From the NCBI GenBank assembly GCA_964016885.1, contig OZ024763.1, positions 14,074,001 to 14,138,000 on the forward strand: 64,000 nt of DNA, written 5' to 3'. The translations under genes were made by a program, and so were the position numbers. Each line of letters starts with the position of its first letter. Position 1 is the first letter of the stretch. The notes under the pieces were generated by a model that ran no database searches, was not told where the DNA came from, and saw only the letters and a program-made list of their open reading frames with translations. Below, in pieces: positions 51,781 through 64,000 of the stretch. The DNA comes from Eledone cirrhosa (taxonomy: Eukaryota).

Positions 51781-54726
51781 CACCTCCAAATTGAAACTGG
51801 TGTAATATATCCACATCCAAAGTGTAAACTGGTGTAATATTCCAAAGTGTAAACTGGTGTAATATTCCAAAGTGAAACTGGTGAAATATTCACCTCCAAA
51901 GTGAAACTGGTGTAATATATCCACCACCAAAGTGAAACTGGTGTAATATATTCACCTGCAAAGTGAAACAGGTGTAATATATCCACATCCAAAGTGAAAC
52001 TGGTGCAATATTCACCTACAAAGTGAAACTGGTGTAATATTCCAAAGTGAAATTGTAATATTCCAAAGTGAAACTGGTGTAATATTCCAAAGTGAAACTG
52101 GTGTAATATTCACCTCCAAAGTGCAAACTGGTGTAATATTCACCTCCAAAGTGTAAACTGGTGTAATATTCACCTCCAAAGTGTAAACTGGTGTAATATT
52201 CACATCCAAAGTGAAACTGGTGTAATATTCCAAAGTGAAACTGGTGTAATAATCCAAAATGAAACTGGTGTAATATATCCACCACCAAAGTGAAACTGGT
52301 GTAATATATTCACCTGCAAAGTGAAACAGGTGTAATATATCCACATCCAAAGTGAAACTGGTGCAATATTCACCTACAAAGTGAAACTGGTGTAATATTT
52401 CAAAGTGAAACTGGTGTAATATTCCAAAGTGAAACTGGTGTAATATTCCAAAGTGAAACTGGTGTAATATTCCAAAGTGAAACTGGTGTAATATTCCAAA
52501 GTGAAACTGGTGTAAAATTCACCTCCAAAGTGTAAACTGGTGTAATAATCCAAAGTGAAACTGGTGTAATATATTCACCTGCAAAGTGAAACTGGTGTAA
52601 TATTCCAAAGTGAAACTGGTGTAATATATCCACCACCAAAGTGAAACTGGTGTAATATATTCACCTGCAAAGTGAAACTGGTGTAATATTCCAAAGTGAA
52701 ACTGGTGTAATATATTCACCTGCAAAGTGAAACTGGTGTAATATTCCAAAGTGAAATTGGTGTAATATTCCAAAGTGAAACTGGTGTAATATTCACCTCC
52801 AAAGTGTAAACTGGTGTAATATTCACCTCCAAAGTGTAAACTGGTGTAATATTCCAAAGTGAAACTGGTATAATAATCCAAAATGAAACTGGTGTAATAT
52901 ATCCACCACCAAAGTGAAACTGGTGTAATATATTCACCTGCAAAGAGAAACAGGTGCAATATATCCACATCCAAAGTGAAACTGGTGTAATATATTCACC
53001 TGCAAAGTGAAACTGGTGTAATATATTCACGTGCAAAGTGAAACTGGTGTAATATATCCACGTGCAAAGTGAAACTGGTGTAATATATTCACCTGCAAAG
53101 TGAAACTAGTGTAATATATCCAAAGTGAAACTGGTGTAATATTCTAAAGTGTAAACTGATGTAATATTCCAAAGTGAAACTGGTGTAATATATCCACCAC
53201 CAAAGTGAAACTGGTGTAATATATCCACCTGCAAAGTGAAACTGGTGTAATATATTCACCTGCAAAGTGAAACTGGTGTAATATATCCACCTCCAAAGTG
53301 AAACTGGTGTAATATTCCAAAGTGAAACTGGTGTAATATTCACCACCAAAGTGTAAACTGGTGTAATATTCCAAAGTGAAACTGGTGTAATATTCACCTC
53401 CAAAGTGTAAACTGGTGTAATATTCCAAAGTGAAACTGGTGTAATATATCCACCACTAAATTGCAACTGGTGCAATATTCACCTGCAAAGTGAAACAGGT
53501 GTAATATATCCACATCCAAAGTGAAACTGGTGTAATATATCCACCTCCAAAGTGAAACTGGTGCAATATTCACCTACAAAGTGAAACTGGTGTAATATTC
53601 CAAAGTGAAACTGGTGTAATATTCACCCCCAAAGTGTAAACTGGTGTAATATTCACCTCCAAAGTGTAAACTGGTGTAATATTCCAAAGTGAAACTGGTG
53701 TAATATTCACCTCCAAAGTGTAAACTGGTGTAATATTCCAAAGTGAAACTGGTGTAATATTCACCTCCAAAGTGTAAACTGGTGTAATATTCCAAAGTGA
53801 AACTGGTGTAATATTCCAAAGTGAAACTGGTGAAATATTCACCTCCAAAGTGAAACTGGTTAATATATCCACCACCAAAGTGAAACTGGTGTAATATATC
53901 CACCACCAAAGTGAAACAGGTGTAATATATCCACCACCAAAGTGAAACAGGTGTAATATATCCACATCCAAAGTGAAACTGGTGTAATATATCCACCTCC
54001 AAAGTGAAACTGGTGCAATATTCACCTCCAAAGTGAAATTGTTGTAATATTCCAAAGTGAAACTGGTGTAATATTCCAAAGTGTAAACTGGTGTAATATT
54101 CCAAAGTGAAACTGGTGTAATATTCACCTCCAAAGTGTAAACTGGTGTAATATTCCAAAGTGAAACTGGTGTAATATTCACCTCCAAAGTGTAAACTGGT
54201 GTAATATTCCAAAGTGAAACTGGTGAAATATTCACCTCCAAAGTGAAACTGGTGTAATATTCCAAAATGAAACTGGTGTAATATTCCAAAATGAAACTGG
54301 TGTAATATTCCAAAATGAAACTGGTGTAATATTCTAAAGTGAAACTGGAGTAATATTCACCTCCAAAGTGTAAACTGGTGTAATATTCCAAAGTGAAACT
54401 GGTGTAATATTCACCTCCAAAGTGTAAAATGGTGTAATATTCTAAAGTGAAACTGGTGTAATATTCACCTCCAAAGTGTAAACTGGTGTAATATTGCAAA
54501 GTGAAACTGGTGTAATATATCCACCACCAAAGTGAAACTGGTGCAATATTCACCTACAAAGTGAAACCGGTGTAATATTCCAAAGTGAAACTGGTGTAAT
54601 ATTCACCCCCAAAGTGTAAACTGGTGTAATATTCCAAAGTGAAACTGGTGTAATATTCACCTCCAAAGTGAAACTGGTGTAATATTCACCTTCAAAGTGA
54701 AACTGGTGCAACATTCATCTCCAAAG
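51781..54726. repeat. Expanded minisatellite (~2.9 kb, 21-29 bp variant units)
   Basis: CCAAAGTG(T)AAACTGGTGTAATATT(CACCT) repeated more than 100 times. Confidence 0.97.
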
Positions 54727-55258
54727 AGAAAATATTATAGCACCTCATTTACATATAATTTTTAAGTTGGTGAAATCAAAATATTGACCTCGAAGACAAG
54801 TCCTCCTCCCTATTTTACCATCAATATTTTGTCTCATTTATCGACATATATACAAGTATATACAATATTTACTTTACATAAATTATCAAAAGATTTGCTA
54901 TTTATGTAAACAGAATTATCCGAAACTAAATCTAATAAAATTTCTTTTAATTAAATTTAAGAAAAAAAAATAGTTTGAAAGAAAACTAGAGATCACTGCT
55001 CCGACCAAGGTGTAGGAGTCACTGATTTTGACCAAGGTGTAGGGGTCACGACATACAAAATAAACAGTACTCACTGTAAATGTGGTTAGCGTTTGGAAAG
55101 GCTTCCAGCTGTTAAAGCGAAGCCAAGATCAGTTCTGTATGAGCAAGACATGGTCACCTGACCTGGCTTTGCCCACAATAGGACAACTCGTCTAACCCAT
55201 GCAAGCGTAGAAAAATGGACATTAAATTGTGATTATATATATATATATATATATATAT

Positions 55259-55362
<104 letters not shown>

Positions 55363-55549
55363 TCTCGGGTTCAATCGAGGGGGAAACCACAGTAGGTAAA
55401 GTACTCAATACATTAGTAGAGTATATACAAAATATAATATAGAAATAGCTTCTACAGGACTAGGAATATTTCATTCGAAGGAAATCATTAGGAAAGCCCC
55501 GATTTCCTTGAAATGAAAGTTCTAGTCCTGTAGAAGTCATTTCTATATC

Positions 55550-56017
55550 ATTCTGTTGACAAAGGGTTTCTCCCTACGAACGAAAATCCAGTTATATGAT
55601 GCCTGTGTGAGATGGGCAGCAACTGCGGAGGATATGCGACGGCTGGAGAGAAATGAATCAAGCATGCTCCGTTGGATGTGCAATGTCAATGTGTGTGAAC
55701 GACCAAGTATAGACGAGTTGAAAAAGAAACTGGGAATAAGAGGGATAAGTTGTGGTGTGCAGGAGAGAAGACTGCGATGGTATGGACATGTGATGCGCAT
55801 GGAGGATGACCGCTGGGTAAAGAAGTGCCAAGAAATCCCAGTAGAAGGAAGATGCAGTAGAGGAAGACCACGAAAATCATGGGCAGGAGTGGTGAGAGCT
55901 GACCTCAGATCGCTGAAACTCACAGATGACGACGAAGGACAGTGACGATGGAGAGATGCTGTGCTGAATAGGACCCGTCCCACCCTTGCAAGCAGGAAAA
56001 CTCAGACGTATGAAAAG
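55550..56017 (+). mobile_element. RTE (BovB-like) LINE 3' fragment
   Basis: KIQLYDACVR...ESSMLRWMC...QERRLRWYGHVMRM...RGRPRKSW. Confidence 0.88.
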
Positions 56018-57036
56018 ATATATATATATATATATATGTATATATAAGAATCAAATATACTACTTGACCAATATACTAATATGTATAGATAATATAGATA
56101 TAACAAACCTGTTGGTATAAACATCAACACTGGTAGACTCCTTCAGTACAGGAGAGGGGCAGATGATACTCCTGGCTTGTGTTTGATCAATAGCATCACT
56201 CCTTCCCTCTGGCACATAAATTTCTATTTGGTAGTGACCAGTTGTTTCCTCCTACTAAGAAAGAAATACCACCAGGGGTCAGAAGGTTAATTTATGAGTT
56301 TTATTTATTTAGTTTATGTATCATATACAGGGTGTCCCCCAAAAATGTATACACGCTTCAACAATATTCTTATAAATATGTGTATGCATTTTGGGGGGTA
56401 ACCCTTTATTTGTGGCTGAATTTTTGTGGTGGTGGTGGAAGGTTATTGTAGCTGAGGGAAGGAAGGAAGGGAGGGAGAATGTAGATTGTGTGTGTAAGTA
56501 GAAGAGAGAGAGAACCTGAGATGGGAGAGACACATACATGTATGTGTGTCTCCCATCTCACGTTCTCTCTCCCTTCTACTTGCACATGTGTATGTGTGTG
56601 TGTACCCCAACTCTTGGAGGAGTCGGGGCGCCATAAAGATGTAGAGTGTGCCGTGGGCATTTATAAACCTGGTGGAGCCCATCTCTTCAGAGAGAGAGAG
56701 AGAGAGAGAGAGAGTGAGAGAGAAAGAGAGAACACATACGCATGTTTAACCCTTTAGCATTTAAACCGGCCATATCTGGCCAGAATTCTCTCACCTCATT
56801 CTGTTCAAACCGACCGTAACTAGCCACCCATACTGATGTTAAGGTATTGTTTTCAACGTAAATAATATCATCATCAAAATCTCAGATTCGATGTGAATAA
56901 TTATGTGAGATCAAGTCTTTACTGTGAAAATACAATAGTAGATATAGAGTAATGTGAATGCTAAAGTGTTAAATACACACAAACACACACACAAACATAC
57001 ATATACACAGCCTTAATATAAACCAACAATACTTAC

Positions 57037-57222
57037 CATAGATATACAGTGTTGTTTACCATCTCCGGTCAGTTTAAACTGGAGATGGTAGACAGCCAGA
57101 CCAATCTCAGAGATAATATTTACGTTTATGTTGACAGAGGGCAAATGGGTGGGTATTGGTGTGGTCAGCCAGAACAATGACGTCCCCTTCTTCTGTAAGG
57201 TTGCCAGGACGGGACTGGGTCA
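57037..57222 (-). CDS. Exon A, copy 2
   Basis: TTTTGATTTTGTAG| ... ATG|GTAAGT; one substitution relative to copy 1. Confidence 0.55.
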
Positions 57223-58241
57223 CTACAAAATCAAAACAATATTTGTTATATGAACAGTGTGTGTGTGAGTAGGGGGGTAATTTTTTGTGTGGGGGTTAAT
57301 TTAGAGAATATAGGGTTAACATCAACAATGTGGAGGTAATATGGCTAACATGAAGAGTGTGGTGTGTGTGTATGTGGGGGGCTAACATGAAGAGTGCGGT
57401 GGCGGGGGGGGGGGGGGGGGTAAACATGGCGAGAGTGTGGTGGGGGGCAAACATGGCGAAAGTGTGTGATGGGGGGACAAACATGGCGTGAGTGTGATGG
57501 GGGGACAAACATGGCGAGAGTGTGATGGGGGGACAAACATGGCGAGAGTGTGTGTGTGGGGGGACAAACATGGCGAGAGAGTGTGTGTGTGGGGGCTAAC
57601 ATGGAGATAGTGTGGGGGCTTTTGAACAGAAGGGGATATAGTATGCGTGTAGTTGTAGAAGGGTAACGTGTGTGTGTGTGTAGAGAGAGAGAGAGAGGGG
57701 CACGTGGCCCAGTGGTAAGGGTCTTGGACTTACAATCATAACATCGTGGGTTCGATTCCTGGGTTCTGTGTTGTGTTCTTGAGCAAAACACTTCATTTCA
57801 CGTTGCTCCAGTAAACTCAGCTGAAAATGAGTACCAACAATAGATGGAGGTTTAACCCTGCGATGGACTGGCACCCTGTCGAGGGTGGTGTCTTGTACTC
57901 TCAGTCGCTTCATGCCATAATGCATTGAAAATCTAAGTCGTTTAACTACAGAGGTACAACGTCAAACCATTCTAGCCCATTACTATAAAAAGTTATTTCA
58001 AAAATAAATAGATGATAAATAGAAAAAGAGAAATGGGGAATACATATACATACACAAATATATATATATATATATTTATTTATTAAAATAACAGATTAAA
58101 GTTTAAGCAAAGAATCGCTGCTTTCACCCTTAACGGGATCTGTTATTTTAATAAATATTTGCTCTACGGTTCTTATATATTTGATATATATTCATCCTTA
58201 TCGAGCCCTCTTTGGATTTTAGTCTTCAAATTTATTATTAT

Positions 58242-58294
<53 letters not shown>

Positions 58295-58336
58295 AGTGAG
58301 TTTTATTATTTATGGAAATATAATAATATCCCCCAC

Positions 58337-58402
<66 letters not shown>

Positions 58403-61400
58403 GTGGGGGATATTATTATATTGCCAGAAATAATAAAACTCACTTTTTGGTTTGGGTTGGATTTCACTTCCATATATTTTATATCTATCCCTATAGTTAA
58501 TTTAACTAGCAATCAATGTTTTATTGATTGACCAACAGTTTTATATATATATATATATATATAGTCTCCCAGAGTTCTTTCGTCACACACCTGTGACATC
58601 AGTGATACTATTGTTTCTTCCTGTTGTATTGTAATGATGGTACAACAACCAATCAAAGGCCATAAGAAAGATTAAAGTGGTAGAAAAGCCAGGATCTACT
58701 ATAAAATCCCTGAATTAGGGAAGCAACTGAAACAGAACCAAGAAAACCGAAGTAGAACAAAACCTGAATGGAACAACAACAACCATACAAATACACACTA
58801 GTGACCAAAGATAGAATACAAACACGAACACAAACCAAACAGAAAACGCGCATAGAAACACATTCGGAAATCGAGACAAATAAATAAACAATTGAATAAG
58901 TAAACATTACAATACAACGGGAGGAAACAATAATATCACTGATGATGTCACAAGTGTGTGATGAAAGAATTCAGACTATAAATAAATATATATATATATA
59001 AACAGTTGGTCAATCAATGATAAACATTGATTGCCAGCTAAATTAACTATAGGGATGTAGAATATACGGAAGCCAAAACCAACCCAACCCAAACTGTTTT
59101 ATTATATATTTCTAGCAATACTATAACAATATGACCCTCCCCAAATATAATTTGTTTCGACATGCGATTTCATATAAAAAAACGTTGCAAACAAATTAGT
59201 TCGGATCTAGCTGTCGAAACATCTAGCTTCTGTGTTTTTCCTTTCCCTTTCCTTTATATTATATTATATTATATTATATATTTGTTTGTGCTTTCGTTCT
59301 GTAAATATTGTATTATATTTCTTTTTATAAGAAATATAATACAATTTTAAGGGCAGTAGATTGGCAGTATCAGTAGAGAGTCGGACACCATGCTTTGCAG
59401 CAAAGAGTCACGGCCCTTTACGCTCTCAGTTCAAATCCCGCTGAGGTTAACTTTACCTTTCATCCTTACGGGGTAGATAAAATAAAGTACCAGTCATGCA
59501 CTGGGATAATTGCTGGCCTTGTGCCAAAAGTAGAAACAATGATATTTCTTTTTATACAAAATAAAATTTAAATCATCTATAATACTTAGATACAACAATA
59601 CAATAAAAATATTGCAAATGAGAGGTGTCATTTACCTTTAATCTCACCTCTTCCCATTAGATCTATATTTTTCTTCTGGAATACTGTATTAACATTTATA
59701 TTTTCATGTCTATATTATTAAGTATTAAGGTTGTTATATAATATTTAGAGTACAGTCTACAGACAAGGGGAAGTAGGGAAGGGATAATTATTTAAAAACT
59801 GATCTCTCAACTCCATCTTTATTTAGCTTACCCCAGGGTTTCCCAACCTGGGCGATTTCATATATACGGACACACATATATTCATTAAATAATAGCCCTT
59901 CTTTAATATTTAACTCTGCACCTTAAGCATTGAGCACACCTCGCTTCGGCTATTGGCGTCTAGTATACTGTACCACACTTTTTTGTCTCCTCTTTTCTTA
60001 TGATACATATCTTCTCTTTAATATATATATATATTTATATATATATACACACATACATGCATAAACACTTCTATGCAAATACTCATACAGATATATTAAA
60101 AGCACATATATACCAGCATAATAACGATTGACAAACCATCAGGACACATGCTTGCTCGTGTGAAAACCGAACTTGCTACTCTACGTACACTGACGGAAAC
60201 AGATATGTACATAAACACACAAATAGAACTGGTATGACTTATATAGGTACATCAAAGATTTTGTTCCAATATTGAACCATTCGAGGTAGTTAGAACGAAG
60301 TAGCAGTGTAGTACTGGGGTCAATTCTTCTATATCTCTTTCTTAATTCCTTTCTCTCACTCTATATCCGTCTCAGGAAAACATAACCTATCTGGGGTAGA
60401 GATCGGATCTGTCACCTTATACAAAATGCCCCGAACACCCCGAATGTCAATGTGGGACCTCTACAACTCCCTCACAAGTTATAGGTCCCTACATACGTAC
60501 ATAGAAACATCAGAGATATCTTTTATATCTTTCACTCGATAATGCTAGACAAGTATTCCGTGAGTCAGAAAGGAATGTTTGCGATATGACGGGAGAACCT
60601 CTCTGAATAAATATTAGATAGTTCAGATGCTACGTAAAGCAGGCGGCGACAACATCGAAGACCAGAGATGCCATGTGGAAATGGACATCGACATAACACA
60701 CATAGGGTTACCTTATAATCATAGACATTTGGGCTTATGAACACACACACACACACACATATACATATATACGGGTGCACAGGTGTACGGAGTTCTCATG
60801 TCGCCACTAAGGATTCCGCCAGATGTCCCGTCACACATCTCTACACCTTCCATTAAATGTTGATTAGTAAATATATAGTAAGTATATATCACATGTAAGA
60901 GGGAAAGCCATAGCAAGTGTTGAGGATAAGAGACGTGTGGAATTAATAATAAAAATATTGTTAAAATTATTAATAGTAGTAGTTGTCACAATAAAGTGGG
61001 GAGGACAACATTATTATAAATAGTTATAATTGTTTCTACTTTAGGCACAAGGCCAGCAATTAACCAGTACATTACTGGTACTTTATTTTATCGACCCCGT
61101 CAGGGTGAAAGGCGTTGTTTAGAGGGCGGTGGATTGGCAGTATCAGTAGAGGGTCGGACGCCATGCTTTGACGTATAGAGTTACGGCCCTTGCCATTCTG
61201 AGTTCAAATCCCGCCGAGGTTAACTTTGCCTTTCATCCTTACAGGGTCGATAAAAGAAAGTACCAGTAATGTACTGGGTAATTGCTGGCCTTGTGCCAAA
61301 CGTAGAAACAATTATTATAAATACTTATATACACACAAGCTTAAACAGGTATACATACATACGCTTATCTAGACTCGTACGTACATAAACGTTTATAAAT

Positions 61401-64000
61401 AAAAGCCGAAGCTGATAAAAAGAACATAGCTTACCATATCGAATTTGGAAGGATGCACATAACGTTGCTTCAACATGGTCCCATCATCATTTGCTGATAC
61501 GATTATTGCATACGCAACACAAGTTTAAAGGGCTATCTGTTTAGAAACCATCAAGCCAGGCCACCATCTAGACACTGAGGTGTGACAGTTGAAGGACATC
61601 AGGTGGTTATAGATTCAAATCAAACCTAAAGAGATAAAAATAAAATCATGATATATTTTCTGAAAACTACAGAATAGTAAAAGACATGTCGACACCTTTG
61701 CGGTATTAATAAGACTGAGAAAGGTATGAACGCCACCACGTCAATTAAGCTTCGAAAATAGAAAGTAGGTTTATATATCTATTAATTTTCATTTTCTTCC
61801 CCAATTCTGTATTTTGAAGTGCTTTCATTATTTTAAATATTTCTATCATGTCACTCGTTTGATTAATCTCCTCCAAAGTTGTAATTCTATGTGTTTGTCC
61901 TTGGTATAGTGAACTAATGTTGATATTTTCAAGTCTTGACATTTATATGGAATAGTGTCCTAATATTTAAATAGTCTTTATATTTTTATCCTGCTCCCCT
62001 AAGATTTATCTCCTCTAAATTTACAAAAGTTCACATTTCTTTCACAAGATAGATCCTTAAATAATTATAGTGTTTTCTGTTTTCTTCTTCTCTTGGTTGC
62101 TTCATGAGCCTCACCGTTTTTGCGGATGTCGGTTGACAATTTTCTCAGTGGTATCATACATATTCATCTAGAGTTTTAAATTTTTCAGCAATTAGCTAGG
62201 GAACAGAATGTTTTATTATTTCTATTATCCGTCTCCCTCTTTTGCTTCAACATGGTTAACCATATTTCAATTCATATTCATACATATTCACAATTCTTCT
62301 GTGAGGGGTATAAGAAGCTCGTTTTTTGCTCCACATTCGATACCAAATCATGCTTCCTTTTTATAACTTCGTTGTACAAATATAATAATTAAAGTATATA
62401 TAAGCAATGTATATATATATAGATAGCTTCTTATTAACTCTTTCCCGAAACATTTATTTCTTCAAAATAAGGTAAGACATATCCCGAATAATATTGTAAG
62501 GTGTCTCAATAATTATTTCATTTCAATCAATTTTTCATTTCAGTTTTCTTTAGAAATATCTTGGCGTTGAAGATTTGTCCTTCTCATAGTAATTAGCTTG
62601 TCTCAAAATTGTTCGCAGTGTTTCCATGTTTAGTGTCACACACTATCGTTAATTCTAATGTAATAAATGTTACTTTTAAAAGAGTGAAGCTCTCAATTTT
62701 TTCTTTCTTTTGTATATTGATATCTAATGAATGACAAATGTATGTTATGTGATAGGAGAAAACACACACAGCCTTCTTCCCTCGCTATAGAAGGCTAACT
62801 GACAATGTCGTTCGTAGGAGTAACAAGTCACCTCTTACTGCCTTTTATATACCATGTGAACTGGAAAGATTTGCCAAGTATGGATACACTCTCTCCTTAT
62901 CAATATTGTCCGAGTCCGAGGACATTTTCTCTCTGGTTAAGGAGTGAGAAGAAATATTAGGGATCAATCTCTAGCAATAATTTAATTAAATTATATTTAA
63001 CCAAAGCTGTTATGTCGTGGTTGTTGTTATATTTTATAGTCGTGGTTTCAATGTTTATCAGGGGTTGTAGAATTAGTTTTATCAAATTATTATCAAACAA
63101 AAATGATGTATATATTGTCGTTGTACGTTGAAATCACATATATAGATTTATATACACACCAAGGATGGAGGGAAGACGGAATTGAAAACCATTATTGCTG
63201 AGCACAACATTGCAGGATCAAATATAACACACACACACATATATATATATAATCAGGTATGACCATTGATGAATGTCCCTGCAGATCATCAGGTTGTAGG
63301 ATGAAATCAACCCTAGAGAAATGATAAATTATATGAAGGTATATTTTATGGAAGCTCGAGAAGAATAAAAATGAAAGTGAACCATTTTGAATTGTTAATA
63401 TGATTGGGAAAGACATGGAGGCCACTACATCAATTTTTCTTTTAAATAGAAAGTAGGTTTATAAATTTTAATTTTGATAGTATTTTTGTAGTTGTCTCGG
63501 TAGTCTATTGGTAGGTGTTGGGACAGTGGTGATGCTGGTCTGGGGTTCAATCTCAGTCAGGAATCTCTCGAGAAATTTAATTTTTTTTAATTTTTCATAA
63601 AATGAACGAAAAATAGAGGTTGCAGGAATCTGACTGAGGTCGAACCCCAGACCAGCACCTCCATCACCTCTAATACTTACCACTAGTCTACGGAGGCGGT
63701 TATAAAAACTAACTGAAAATTAATATTTATAAACCTACTTTTTCAATTTTTTATAAAAACAAAATTTCTGTACAAGGTTTTCATGTACACCTGACAGAGA
63801 TCGAACCCCTAATCAATATCACCACTGTCTCTAATGTCTACCACCAGACCACTGAGACGGTTATGAAATCGCAGTGAAAATTAATATTTATAAAACTACA
63901 TTTTGTTCGGTTGAAAACTCGATGTAGTGGCATTCATGGCTTTTAAAGGACGTCCTTGAATTCATAAAGTAAATCTAGACTTTATTTCTCATTGCTCTAG

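Noticed and set aside
51691-54553. Tyr-rich repeat protein (YYTSFTLE / ITPVSLWN) or CRISPR array
   Set aside because: Unit lengths are not fixed multiples of 3, frames shift constantly, and there are no spacers

Overview
AT-rich, repeat-dominated eukaryotic DNA, most likely from an octopod cephalopod, judged from Nin-, CORE- and Meta-type tRNA-SINEs, RTE, CR1 and R4/Dong LINE remnants, TTAA-flanked MITEs and long TA/TG/GA tracts. There is no prokaryotic gene, rRNA, intact tRNA or CRISPR array, and almost all ORF-track entries are microsatellite artefacts. The first ~19.7 kb is a mosaic of decayed transposons. It includes two hAT transposases (one probably nested in the other), a higher-order minisatellite, a family of type-I hammerhead-ribozyme elements (two intact cores), a pre-miRNA-like hairpin and a CpG-rich promoter-like segment. 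From ~19.7 to 64 kb the window is a hierarchical array of about six partial copies of an old ~6 kb unit (CR1 remnant plus tRNA-like heads). A younger segmental duplication overlies it (26.1-35.7 kb ~ 50.9-64 kb) and carries two phase-compatible minus-strand exons of an unidentified gene, one with an A-C-mismatch hairpin suggestive of ADAR recoding. All alignments were made by eye; no database search or folding program was run.
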